From contig CM119384.1 of NCBI GenBank assembly GCA_051294905.1, positions 10,106,001 through 10,170,000 on the forward strand: a stretch of 64,000 nt of DNA. Direction: 5' to 3'. Numbering within the stretch: position 1 is the stretch's first letter; every line of letters starts with the position of its first letter. Below, one piece after another: positions 36,101 through 46,764 of this stretch. The stretch comes from Botryllus schlosseri. Its lineage: Eukaryota. Below the pieces are notes generated by a model. That model did no database searches. It was not told the DNA's origin and saw nothing but the letters and a program-made list of their open reading frames with translations. Made by a program: the position numbers and the translations under genes.

Positions 36101-39100
36101 AAGCCTGACAATTTCTGCAACTGCGACAGTCCCTTTAGTAACATTTGAGTGCAGTTGGATCGATTGTGAAGCAGTTGGAGTCGGAGCATTTTCAGAAACT
36201 CCGAATCCAAAGAGCGTCTTCTGACTCCGACGCTATCCCGAGAAAAATTTTAAAAATCTCCAGCCCCACAGACATGGCAACAGTTAACGTAAGGGTTTTC
36301 AAATCTGGCCTTCCATATTTATATATGGGAACAGCTAATCGATACCTGAACGATAAATAATTATCTTTTTTGGGTGGTTGAAAAATTGATTGAAATTATT
36401 CCTGGCTTCGTATGTTTCTTAAAGAGAATGAAGGATTTGCGGAAAACATGCACTGCTTTGCTAATATTCTACTTGACATGGCTGTAAAGTTATAATTGTC
36501 AAATCTTCAGGTGCCGGTCTGTGGCAACTTTCCTGCCGGCGGTTAAATATGTTAGAATTTTATATCCAAATTCAAAAATGCAACAAGTTGCACGCTTGTC
36601 AATTGATTAAATAAATAAAACATCAAATTTTAGATTGATTCATAAATTTGGAAGTTATTTTAGTGCATTGGTTTCGTAATACATAGTTGATGGTCTGCTC
36701 TAGGCATACGTCACAATAACGCAAGTGTTGTCCGAAATTGTTAAAAAGTAACCTACAATTCGTTTCAGACAAGTTACAGGCGGAAACTATAGAGACTTTG
36801 AATAAACTTCTTTAAATTAAGACAGTGTAATTAAGCGACACTGGGCAGTACAATAGAGGCTCCAGTAAACAGCATAATCGCTTTTTTTCGAAGGAAACCG
36901 AACAACCACCATCAGGATAGTGGTCGTTAGCAGTACTTCGCGAGCTTCGCTTTGCTTTGCAGAAATTTCAATATGACTGTGTATAGATAACTAGTGTCAA
37001 AAAATGAAGCAATAAATTATGTTTCGAATGTTACATTTGAGTTGCATAAATTATTGGTAATTTAAATTGGGGTGAATTTTTAATAGTCCACCAGTGCGCA
37101 ATATTTGTTTTCAAGTTTTACCGGTATGCGAGGTCAAAAAGGTTGAAAACCACTGGCTAGACTACATATGTACAGGGCGAGTTTAATTTATGTGTATGTG
37201 ACAGTACCAATTACCTGCAAATTTTAATTAAAATACAGAACAAGAATTGACCGGCCTGATTCGTCGAGTCTATATCAGCTACGCCAGTTGTGCAGAACAA
37301 TAATTCAGGAGAATACTTTCAGTGTCCCCAATTTACCGTATGAACCCCTCACCTCGAAGCTTGTGGACGAGATTTTCCATCGCCAAAATCAACCCTCGGT
37401 CGACCTTTATCGGAGTCATTGCTTCCAGGATCAGATGCTTGGTAACTTCTTTCTAATGGTGCGGGAATCTCTCTAGCAGGCCTGTCATCGATACCGCTGC
37501 AACACACAATAGCACAATAATGAATCAGTGATAGGTTATGGTAACGAATTATACCGAAGAATTTCGGAAATCTAACAACCACTAGTCAAATGATCGGCAA
37601 CAGCGAATTTGTTATTCTTGTAAGATATATGAGCAAGAAGTTCATTCTACTAGCACACTGTAGCTTCTCAAGTCATTTTGGCACTTCTGACATTAATACT
37701 ATTAAAGCTAAAAAGTAAATAGTGGTTCTTGATCGATGCTAATCAAAATTGCCATTACTGCCAAAATAAAGTTAGGAAATGGCTCATATTTGCACGAAGA
37801 AAATGTTCATCAACATCATCACTTGCTAATGCGACCATTGCGACATTCCAGTCCAATTAGCCCAAGAATTCACAGCACTGTGCCCTAAAGGGATAGACAT
37901 TAACACAACCCATATACTGCTATAGTGAATGAAACATGTTTTGGTACAAGCACAAGCAGTCAAGCATTCCGTTATGACCAAGAACTATAAACAGAGAGCA
38001 GTCAGTGAGTATCAGAGTTGAGAACCACTTTATGTGAGAGAGCACATTCATCAGTCAAACCATTTCTTCACACAAATGAAAGTCATGTTTTACTCTTCAA
38101 TCCAACCAAGCATGCCATGACTATTGACTATCGGTCAGTAATAGCCGTCCTTCTAAGAAAAAGACTTGAGCAATCGTAATATTGCGCCTTGTCAAATATA
38201 TCACAGAGAGTGGAGTTGAATCATATTAATAATAATGCCATGATTTTATTCATCCCAAAAACAAAAAGCTTCAAGAGGCCCCTGAAATGGGCATCGAGAA
38301 GTGTGCGGACTGCAGAGTCACTAAACTTGAGACACCAATGATAAAATAGGCCAAGATAGCACATGATAGGTAAAATAATTTGAATTAAATTTACTGAAAG
38401 TTTACAAGTTGAAGTCACCTATCTTGAATGAAGTTTTCTTATGATTGCAAAGTATTTTGCTGGTTTTGCCATTTAGCGAATTCAATTGACATATATATTA
38501 TGGTGGTTTTAATTCTGAAGCACGAAATGAAGAGTGTATGTAGGAGTGGTAGCACTAGATCTAGCTTATTACACGTGAGTTATTTAGAATCGGACATTGC
38601 TGCAACATGACATGTTATGCAGATCTAAAGAACTAAATCTACTCTAGACTTGACTCTATATGCAGCAGTATGCATTTCGGTAGGCTTTTAATGTCATCAA
38701 TAACAAATACATTATCAACATTTTAGTGGCATTCTTATTTACACACTTACACATCGTCTGGAATTTCTTTCAATCTATTTTATACAATGATTAATTGATT
38801 ATGAGATTTATAGCGAGTGACTTGATGCTGAAAGTATCGACTAAAGTTTGGCACATATGCTTGATGTGTAATATATCATTTCCGACTATTTCGGTACTGA
38901 TGACACAAATTATGATGGCTTCTAAAGAATGGGAATTGAAGCATTCGGTGGACTATTCGTTAATAAATTGCAGCTTCCAACTAGTTGATGATACAATTTG
39001 GGATATTTGAGACAAGCCTCAACTACAACTAATAGACTTTTACCAATACCAGTGAAAAAATGACATATTTTTCTACAAGCAACAAACACTGCTGGCAAAC

Positions 39101-40941
39101 TATAGCAGACTCCTACTTGTGATCAGGCAACACACACAGCACACCACCCAAACGTAGTATACCAAAAAGCCACAAGCTCCATACCGACCACCTCACCAAC
39201 AAACTAAAGAATATATCGCATTTTGGATTGTGGATAGAACTTAAACTGCAAAGCTATAAAGAGTGCAGCATCGAGGCTCAAGCTGTGCATGTGCATTTAA
39301 GTTACTTCGTAAAAGGTAGAACTATTACCGTTGGAATTCATGCCCTTTCGGATACCGTAACTGATTACTTAGTAATCCACACTTGGTTATTGGTAACTCC
39401 CAGTTTTATAAAGATTTTTGCAGCGAGATCGCAACATAAAAGGGTCTTTGCGAAACGACATGATATAAATCCAACGCGCAAGGTTGTGCGTGGTATAATC
39501 CCAATGATATATATCCAATGTTCGAAGTCAACGGTGCTAATCCAGAGAGCTTTCCAGGAATGAGCAGCGTACTTCCCTTTTCATGAGAATTAATGGCGAA
39601 GGCCACCTAAATCCACGATGCGTAATCCGTATACGCCTTCACATACTGAAACAATAATCCAGGTGCAGCACTATGCACCTAATGGGAACACAACGCTCTG
39701 CTAGACTATAACTTGGTCCAGCTTCTGTGAAAGTGTACCAGTAAAATATGGGCAAGGCAAACCATTTAAAACTATTATTCAATTACCTATCCTTGACTGT
39801 CTCATAACGTCGATAGTTTCTGCTTTGACTTGGCTGTGGCGGTATATGCCGTTGACCTGCAAATAACGATAACAAAAGTCAAGGTTCAGACCAAACCAGT
39901 TTCCGTGACACCGGCTAATTTACCTTCATCAGCTCCAGCACGGGCTACTGGATCAAAGTAGTCTGTTAACAATTCTCTGTCGCCGATGATGTTGACAGCA
40001 GTTTTGGCTTTCTGCGCAGATCGAATGTCCATGAAAGCAATGTAGGCACTTAGCCCATTTTCCCCACTTCGTTTCGACAGGAATCGCACCTTATCGATCT
40101 TTCCATATCTGCAGACGATCAACATTTGAGCCCATCATTCGATAATATCATAAACAAGAATACCGTGTTCAATGTGGCAATCAAACAATCTTACTAAATT
40201 AATGGTAGTTCAATAGATTTTCTACAAATATAAGCTACCATGACATTTTTTCTATATCTATGCAGAATTTCAGTTATTTCACAAATCGGATATGAAATAA
40301 TGGTATATCGTATGCTCCCAAAAAAGGAGATGAGAAATGCAATTTTGGGAACAATATATGGGATGGGGCAAGCAGCAACGTATTGCAAACCATGAATAAA
40401 GTCGGGATTTGCAATGCCAGGTTGAAATCATTTATGCGAAATTCAGAGCTGTGGAACAGATTTTGAAAGAACATTGCCTTTTCCTGTATTCTTGAAAAAC
40501 ACGACATTTTTGAAGCATTAAAAGCTGTATGCTGTTCACATCTGAACTGTCAAAGGAATCAAATCATATAAACCAAAAATTGTGGTCAAACGCAGATCGA
40601 CAACATTTTTAGAGCTGTTTTATGTTGAACAGCTTGAAATGTGATGCTCCAGTTTAGTTATTGATCGCAAGCCCACACGTGATAGGCATTACACTTTTTG
40701 ATTTTCAATGATCATATAGAATCATTTCACATGACGGCAAAACAAATCTCAACAATTAACTCTACTTAAGACAGGTCAAATGATAGCTAAAAATTGATGG
40801 AATTAATTTCATTTGCTAGTACCAGAGATGGTATGTATTAGTAGTATAGGTGCAGCCGTACCTCCTGAAATAGTCGGCAATTCTGTCTTCTCGTACGTTC
40901 TCGGCGAGATTTCCAATCCACAAGTACCTAGTCTCTCTCAT
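8400..40941 (-). CDS. SPEN: SPEN/SHARP/MINT (Msx2-interacting protein) orthologue, 29 coding exons, about 4344 aa
   Basis: Hand-traced exons, all GT-AG with continuous phase: 40862-40941, 39897-40108, 39787-39856, 37353-37496, 35597-35664, 34400-34492, 34175-34331, 33536-33624, 33258-33458, 33045-33190, 32857-32982, 32696-32790, 29554-31469, 28541-28734, 25329-26809, 24490-24673, 24237-24428, 22916-23118, 17316-22455, 16134-16203, 15875-16078, 15304-15527, 15168-15240, 14448-14623, 14224-14380, 12946-13772, 11976-12197, 8641-8808, 8400-8522. The sum is 13035 nt, divisible by 3. The N-terminus MRETRYLWIGNLAENVREDRIADYFRRYG matches SPEN RRM1. The C-terminus YPVIWQGLLALKND...LRIVQRMRLE...YVLHVFPPCDF...HIMIVIAAV* is a SPOC domain. 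Small low-complexity exons are less certain than the domain exons. Confidence 0.93.
9225..9427 (+). mobile_element. Solo LTR of the same Gypsy family, in SPEN intron 27
   Basis: 203 bp, TG...CA, aligns end to end with the LTRs of 52555-56698. 5-bp TSD TGAAG at 9220-9224 and 9428-9432. Confidence 0.96.
9741..11016. repeat. About 1.27-kb imperfect palindrome built from a Tc1/mariner (Tc2/pogo-like) element end
   Basis: 9741-10344 is the diverged reverse complement of 10377-11016, with indels. The 32-nt loop ends in TTACGG|TA. Each arm contains degenerate ~51-nt AGGCCTATTG repeats. Confidence 0.8.
15602..15788. repeat. Degenerate TACTCAAGTA-rich repeat family (also about 16310-16570, 22562-22780, 50890-50972)
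   Basis: Shared CAGAGGTGGTC(AAAGTA)-like ends and ACTCAAGTA / TACTTGAGT motifs. Boundaries are approximate. Confidence 0.5.
16612..17100. mobile_element. Non-autonomous hAT element (family B), 489 bp, SPEN intron 19
   Basis: TIRs CAGGGTTGTA / TACAACCATG and a perfect 8-bp TSD GCTCACAG. Confidence 0.92.
17316..22455 (-). CDS. SPEN: SPEN exon 19, giant 5140-nt exon encoding a K/S/D/E-rich disordered region
   Basis: Open frame between acceptor ttacacag| and donor CAG|gttgga, in phase with both neighbouring exons. Confidence 0.9.
23334..24015. mobile_element. Foldback-type MITE, 682 bp, SPEN intron 17
   Basis: About 317-bp high-identity inverted arms (23334-23650 and 23698-24015) with a 47-nt loop. 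Ends are GGGGTATTC / GAATACCCC, flanked by TA on both sides. Confidence 0.9.
27127..28129 (+). mobile_element. Internally deleted hAT element with transposase remnant, 1003 bp, SPEN intron 14
   Basis: TIRs TAGGGCCATT / AATGGCCCTA, 8-bp TSD GTTATTAG, and AAAGTCATA subterminal repeats. The interrupted + strand frame ends ...LYAKLQMCQPTSASVERS, resembling the hAT C-terminal dimerisation motif. Confidence 0.9.
31330..33624 (-). CDS. SPEN: SPEN exons 8-13 (RRM2-RRM4)
   Basis: Motifs TSIRDGIFHEFKKYGKV, ASRTLFVGNLDK, YAFLQYTDI, LGFGK...CLWVDGV and RYGPVKHVVIDRNRGQALVFY. They are separated by 62-77 nt introns plus one 1.2-kb intron. Confidence 0.93.
31768..32240. mobile_element. Family B element, 473 bp, inverted relative to 16612-17100, SPEN intron 12
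   Basis: TIRs CAGGGCTGTAAT / ATTACAACCCTG. Its reverse complement aligns along the whole 16612-17100 copy. No TSD is evident. An extra terminal fragment lies at about 31523-31590. Confidence 0.85.
39897..40941 (-). CDS. SPEN: SPEN coding exons 1-2 (RRM1)
   Basis: ATG at 40941. Exon 1 (80 nt) joins in phase to exon 2, YGKIDKVRFLSKRSGENGLSAYIAFMDIRSAQKAK. Confidence 0.93.
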
Positions 40942-43361
40942 TTTTTACAATCAGTGCTGCACGGTGGGGTGGAAACATCGGTGCGTTTACACATTCACAA
41001 TGATTTACGAGGGTGCATTGAGTGATCATTGGTAAACATCACGTTGGCCTAGAACTAGTGAAGTAGTTGGATACGCTATCGCAGAACCTGATCAAACCCA
41101 AAATGTGTTCATCAATCTCACGAGGAGGGTACTCTCAGGCAAATAAGATTGTAAAGGTAAAAATAGCTATGTTCAAATAACCACAGATAAGTTGACAAAT
41201 GTAAATGATTAACTATGAGCATATCAACTTGCAATTTGGTGAATTAGGCTCATCCTTTTGCCAACATCGAATTGCCATCATCACAAATTCAACGTCAATT
41301 TTGCAATAAAAATCCGCTCTAATCACCCGGTGTGTTCTGTATTCTGGAGTGAGCATAGCAGTTGACAAAGATAGGCCAACTTCATTAGACATCGGTATTA
41401 GCTTGTCCGGTGTTAGCTACAGCATTAGCTGATAATGGTATTAGGAAATTAAAGATGCGGCCGCCGTTTTCTTGGTCCAATCAACATTCTCTTCGTCTAA
41501 GGCCAAGGGCAAGATTCTTCAAATTGTATTGGAAGAATTAAGTATTACGATGTCGACACAAGATTCAGAAAGGGGAGCTCAAGTAAATTGCATACCATCC
41601 GGAACCAAATCTGTTCAGCTCTGTTATATGATTTAAAGATGTGTCAGAGCCGACAGTGCGGTCGTTGACAAAAGAAAAAAAATTATTTCTCAATAACTAG
41701 AGATGGGCCAATCGCAATATCCAAGGACATCACATTGCTTCAACGAGGCAGAAAGTTAAGTCGGCCTATTTTTCACCGATTCTTTGTGCATGGGAAGACA
41801 AGATTGCAGCAATAGAGCTAGCGACTTGCAGTGTGATATCCATGAAAGATAAGTGCATCTACACTATCGCTGACTATTAGTCCATTACCATTCGAACCAA
41901 CAATATATAACAATTTCAGTTCTGCTCATAAATGACTGCAACTGCAACTTGCACACATACTTCAACATGATTTCCACACCATTTGTATATGGTGATAGAT
42001 TAATAGACTTCACCACCATTCACACTTCTTACATCGGAATATCACTATGCTTCGAATTCGACGAGCAATAAAATAAAAATATTGATAAAAGGAACACGCG
42101 ACTGTAGCTTGCTATGCCGTGTCGTGCGTTACAATACCATACGTCAGCACAAAAATACATGACATTAACTGATACGATAAGATTGCTCTCTTTTAACCAA
42201 GGTTATAATAAATATTCAGATTTGACTCATTCGTATGCTTTGCATCAAAATGAAACCAACTTTTGAAAACCAAAACAACCGCCCGACTCCCAACGATTGG
42301 ACGCGAAGAGAGCGCCGAAGCTCGGAACTCAGAATGATGTAGTAAAACGCCTTTCGCGGACGAGTAACCACGATGACTGCCCCCCTTGCCTCGAAAGCTT
42401 TACATCAAAAATACCATTGCAAATCGATATATTTGAGAAATGTTAATGATAATCATGATGAAATCGTCAAAATTTTTGAATATAATGTAAAGTTTTCGCT
42501 TTTCATCTTCCAACCAGTCCGTGAAAATCCGAATGCATCGAAAGCTCAAATAACATGGAGCGACATATCATTTGCATTATGGGAGGTCACGAGTCTCCCA
42601 ATGAGCTATATCATGTTTCGATTCTAATTTTTATTTTCTACCGCCGGTTCCGGCCTATTTCGGTCAAGTTGTCAACTTGGTATCAACTAATATTACCTAC
42701 GCGTATATAATCGACAGTCGGGGGAATCACTGGTCGGAAGCCAGTGGACCACTTCCGAAGTGCTGAAGGCCTGGAAAACTGAGTGAAAACCATTCAGTTT
42801 TACATGTTGACGGCGTTCTGAATCAATACCAACATGTGCTTGAGATAACCGGGTCGTTGGTGCAACGTCTGATATATCGATTTCGCCTACAGACACATGC
42901 CACGTCATTTTGATTTCATGACCATTCTATGTAATATTCTGTTGATATTCTTTCGGCGGATATGCCTTCATCATTATATTAGGTCAAGGTGGGTGTTTGA
43001 TAGAAGACTCGTCTTACAACTTTTTTATTGCATCGCATTCTCGTGGTGTTTTGAACTGATGCAATAAACTGAAAGTTTTAATGATAATCATTTGTAAACA
43101 AATTTTGCAATTAGGTTTCACAATTCGGTTTCATCTCTGGGTTTATTCAGAAAGGAAGTGATATTTCGATCCAAATGTATTTCATGGCAAGATCATCGGT
43201 TCCGATAGTGGATTATTAACCTAGTAATCTATATTCCGAGATACTTTTTTCCGTTTTGAACTTTGTAAGTTCAGGTTTGGTTTATGACGTGTGACGTGTT
43301 TTGGTAGATTTTCTCCCCAACGGCATTCATCTCTCTCAAATTCTTGACTCGAAGTCATGGT

Positions 43362-44386
43362 CAGAGATGCCACTCCTGGGTTTTTCCACCCAGATCTGGG
43401 TTTTTCGAGCATCACCTGGGTTTCTGGGTTTTTGTGCTTGAAATCTGGGTTTTTTTCAACATCATGTTTGTAAGGTCAATTTTACTGCGCAAAATTGATT
43501 ATTAGCTTAGTAAGATCTTGTAATATCGACGGATTCTACTGTGATTGAGTGTAAAGAGACCCATTTACTATTAAAATGAAAGGTCTTGGCGTGATGAGAG
43601 AGCTTATTGAATACTGACTACTAGGTCAGGCAACTCTGGAGCATTTGTTTTGCAATTCAAAATGATTTAGGACTTGAATGCTAGCGCTGCAACAAATTCG
43701 CTGTGTGTCAGTAAATAGTATGTAACTGCTGTAAAGTATGCAATTAATGCTCATGGAAAGACCAAATGTTGATCTAACTAATTTACCATGTTGACATCAG
43801 AGTATATTCACTTTCAACAGGGACACTCAAAGAGACAGTTTGGGCACCCGGGCAAGTTATTCAGAGGGAGAGGGGTTTGTCAAATTCAAATGTACCCTTA
43901 ATTTCATGATCTGGCAGTTTCTTTTTCGACTAAACATCCCAGATAAAAGTGCTTGTCCCAGGTTTAATGAATCGAAAGCTATATTCTATCTGGTCAACTC
44001 ACAGTCACTGGAACTACCCTAAAATCATTCTCATCATAGATGGGGATTAGCATTGTGACAAACATTACGAATATATAATAAACTACGTATTGACCCCCCC
44101 CCCTCCATACCGAATGCCCGTAACAATGTGTCGAGAGGAAAGCATCATATTTCGATGGATTTGCTCATTTAGCTGAGCAAAATGTATAGTATGAAAATGA
44201 ACAGTTGGGATTTCAATATCAAGGGCTAAAACTTCTTCTATGTCCGTATAACTGTCATTGATGACTCTCAGTCACTGTTTTGCAGCTATATCATATAAAT
44301 TTGAGTGAAATATAGGATCTGGGTTTTTCTGGGTTTTTTCAACGTCCAAATCTGGGTTTTTCCAAAATATCTCAGTGGCATCTCTG
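43362..44386. mobile_element. Non-autonomous hAT element, 1025 bp, between the divergent SPEN and CLINT1 starts
   Basis: TIRs CAGAGATGCCAC / GTGGCATCTCTG, 8-bp TSD GTCATGGT, and CTGGGTTTTT subterminal repeats. Confidence 0.93.
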
Positions 44387-44507
44387 GTCATGGTGCGAGG
44401 TCCGCTAAGGATTTGGGAGGTGGTTTCACGGCCGGCAGTTATAGTTTGAGGTTATTTTTTCAGAATACTTGTCATCGGAAGTTTCAAAGAATTTCTGTTG
44501 AATAAAG

Positions 44508-44905
44508 GTCAAGTACTGTTTTAATTATTTAGGGTCTTTCTGTACGATAATACTTTTCATTCAGTGTACAGTGCATGCCTCTTCTCTTCTCTATACTTCG
44601 CCTAGGCCAAAAGGTGGGTGTCTGAACTCGAAGACTATTCAAAGTCGTTTCGGGATTTTCCTATCTTTTCATTGTATGGCAGTTTTTGTGGTGTTTTGAA
44701 ATGATGAAAATAATATTAAACTAATATTGATACTAATAACGGCTCCACATAGCTGTATATTTCACGACTTGTTAAAGTACAATTCCTATTCCGTTCTATG
44801 AAGTATATACCAACATTATATCAATTCATCCAAACGGTTGGCTTGCGTCAATTCTTTAATAGATTGAAATACCGTGTTGTTAGCAATACCAATTTGATAT
44901 TTCAG
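44508..44905 (+). other. Candidate 5'-UTR intron of CLINT1
   Basis: Donor AAAG|gtcaag at 44508 and acceptor atttgatatttcag| at 44905, 29 nt before the ATG. The acceptor could instead be a trans-splice site. Confidence 0.45.
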
Positions 44906-44934
44906 TGGGTTTGGTAGAAATAGGAGCGGTAAAA

Positions 44935-46764
44935 ATGAATCTTCTACCATGGAAAATCCGCGAACTAACTGACAAGGTTACTAATGTTGTAATGAACTAT
45001 ACTGATGTTGAAGCTAGAGTTCGTGAAGCAACAAACGATGAGCCTTGGGGGCCGTCCGGAAGTCTTATGCAAGAACTTGCAAATGACACATTCATGTACG
45101 AAAGTTACTCGGAAGTTACTGGAATGCTTTGGAAACGTATATTCCATGAAGGCCGAAGTAACTGGCGACGGATTTATAAAGGTCTTCTCGTTGTTTCATA
45201 TCTGATTCGTAACGGTTCGGAACGATTTGTTACCAGTACGCGGGAGCATATAAACGATTTGAGAGCGTTGCAAAATTTCACTTACCATGATGAACATGGC
45301 AAGGATTTAGGAGTCAATGTAAGAAATAAGGCAAAAGACCTTGTAAGTTTTATTCGTGATAATGAGAGGTTGCGAGAAGAGAGAAAAAAGTGCAAAAAGA
45401 ACAAAAACAAATACGTCGGCATGTCAAGTGAAGATTCAAAATTTGGTTTCTCTCGTCAACGTTATCATGAAGATGAGTCTTATTCAACAAACAACGATGA
45501 CCGATCATATCACGATTCTGACAGCTATGGTAAACAGGCTGAATCGAATGATTCCATAGGATATACGGATGATTATGAGTCAAAAGATGATAAAAATGAA
45601 GGCAGGTGGTCACCAAATAAGGGAATCAAATACAGCTTCAGCACGGATAGCCTAGAACACCCAAGCGACAAAGAAACTTACGACGACAGGAATTCTACGC
45701 CGAAATCGACGGGAGCAAATGCAGGCCGTGAGAAAAGGTCTGTCCAGCCATCTCGCAAAGTAGACTTGGGCGCTGCTGCAAAGTACACCGGGGATGGAAA
45801 GGAAAAAACACAATCCTCTACATTAGCCGATACGTCGGTGACTACGTCACAACAACCTGACGAATTCGCCGACTTCGACTCGTTAGCTGCATCGCGTGAT
45901 CCGTCCAATGACGCCAAAAGCCCAGCCCCATCCGGAGATTTCGCAGATTTTTCTGGCTTCGGTGCGACCGGATCAAATAATGCTGGTCAGGGATCGTCAT
46001 CAAATGTTGATTTACTCGGTGGTTTGGTGAATCAGCCCATGACAGGTAATATACCAGCCTTTCCTGGTAATTTTCCAGCACCGCAAGCTGCACCGATTGC
46101 TGGCATGCAGCAACCTACATTATTTCAACCTCAAGCTGCTAGTTTATTTCAACAACAACCGACATTAATGGGTGGAAGTGTGCCTCAGCAACAGACGAGT
46201 TCAAACAATCTGGATATTTTCGCATCAGTACCTGTTGCAACCAATCAACCGTTGTCTCCATCAGCTGATTTGCTGACTCCAATGCAAAACAGTACACCGA
46301 TGGCTCCACAGTCTTTCCAACAATATCAGCCTGCAACGCAAAATATGCAAAGCACCACTATGTCTGGTGGAGAACAATCAAGATCCGCGAAACCGAATAC
46401 TTGGTCCGACGTGAAAGGATTGGATATTAATCTAGATTTATTTTCCAAAGCAAACCAAAAGTCTGTGCGTCCGTCAATGAATCAACTGCAACACAGAAAC
46501 CCTAATGTCATGACTTCTGCAATTCCACAGATGAACCAGCCTGTGGGCATGAGGCCGATGGCCCCGCCTCAGATGCCAATGCAAAACACCATGCATCAAT
46601 CCCATGTCCCCGGCATGCAGCCAAACATGGGTTCACCGTATAACATGTCCGGTGCTTCAGGATTTAATGGACAGTATAACATGCCGGCGTACGGTAATAG
46701 CATGTCAGGAAATCCTCAAATGCAAGGTTTGCAGGCGCAGGGCAGCTTCAACAGGCTGTACTGA
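44935..46764 (+). CDS. CLINT1: Clathrin interactor 1 / epsinR / enthoprotin, single coding exon, 609 aa
   Basis: ENTH domain KIRELTDKVTNVVMNYTDVEARVREATNDEPWGPSG...WRRIYKGLLVVSYLIRNGSERFV. It has EFADF/DFADF GAE-binding-type motifs, DLL motifs, and an M/Q/P-rich C-terminus with PNTWSD. The ATG at 44935 follows AAAA; the GTG start in the ORF track overlaps a splice acceptor. Confidence 0.93.
   Translation: MNLLPWKIRELTDKVTNVVMNYTDVEARVREATNDEPWGPSGSLMQELANDTFMYESYSEVTGMLWKRIFHEGRSNWRRIYKGLLVVSYLIRNGSERFVTSTREHINDLRALQNFTYHDEHGKDLGVNVRNKAKDLVSFIRDNERLREERKKCKKNKNKYVGMSSEDSKFGFSRQRYHEDESYSTNNDDRSYHDSDSYGKQAESNDSIGYTDDYESKDDKNEGRWSPNKGIKYSFSTDSLEHPSDKETYDDRNSTPKSTGANAGREKRSVQPSRKVDLGAAAKYTGDGKEKTQSSTLADTSVTTSQQPDEFADFDSLAASRDPSNDAKSPAPSGDFADFSGFGATGSNNAGQGSSSNVDLLGGLVNQPMTGNIPAFPGNFPAPQAAPIAGMQQPTLFQPQAASLFQQQPTLMGGSVPQQQTSSNNLDIFASVPVATNQPLSPSADLLTPMQNSTPMAPQSFQQYQPATQNMQSTTMSGGEQSRSAKPNTWSDVKGLDINLDLFSKANQKSVRPSMNQLQHRNPNVMTSAIPQMNQPVGMRPMAPPQMPMQNTMHQSHVPGMQPNMGSPYNMSGASGFNGQYNMPAYGNSMSGNPQMQGLQAQGSFNRLY

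Noticed and set aside
39228-39606. ORFs in SPEN intron 3 considered as a recombinase remnant
   Set aside because: No convincing catalytic motif in any frame on either strand.
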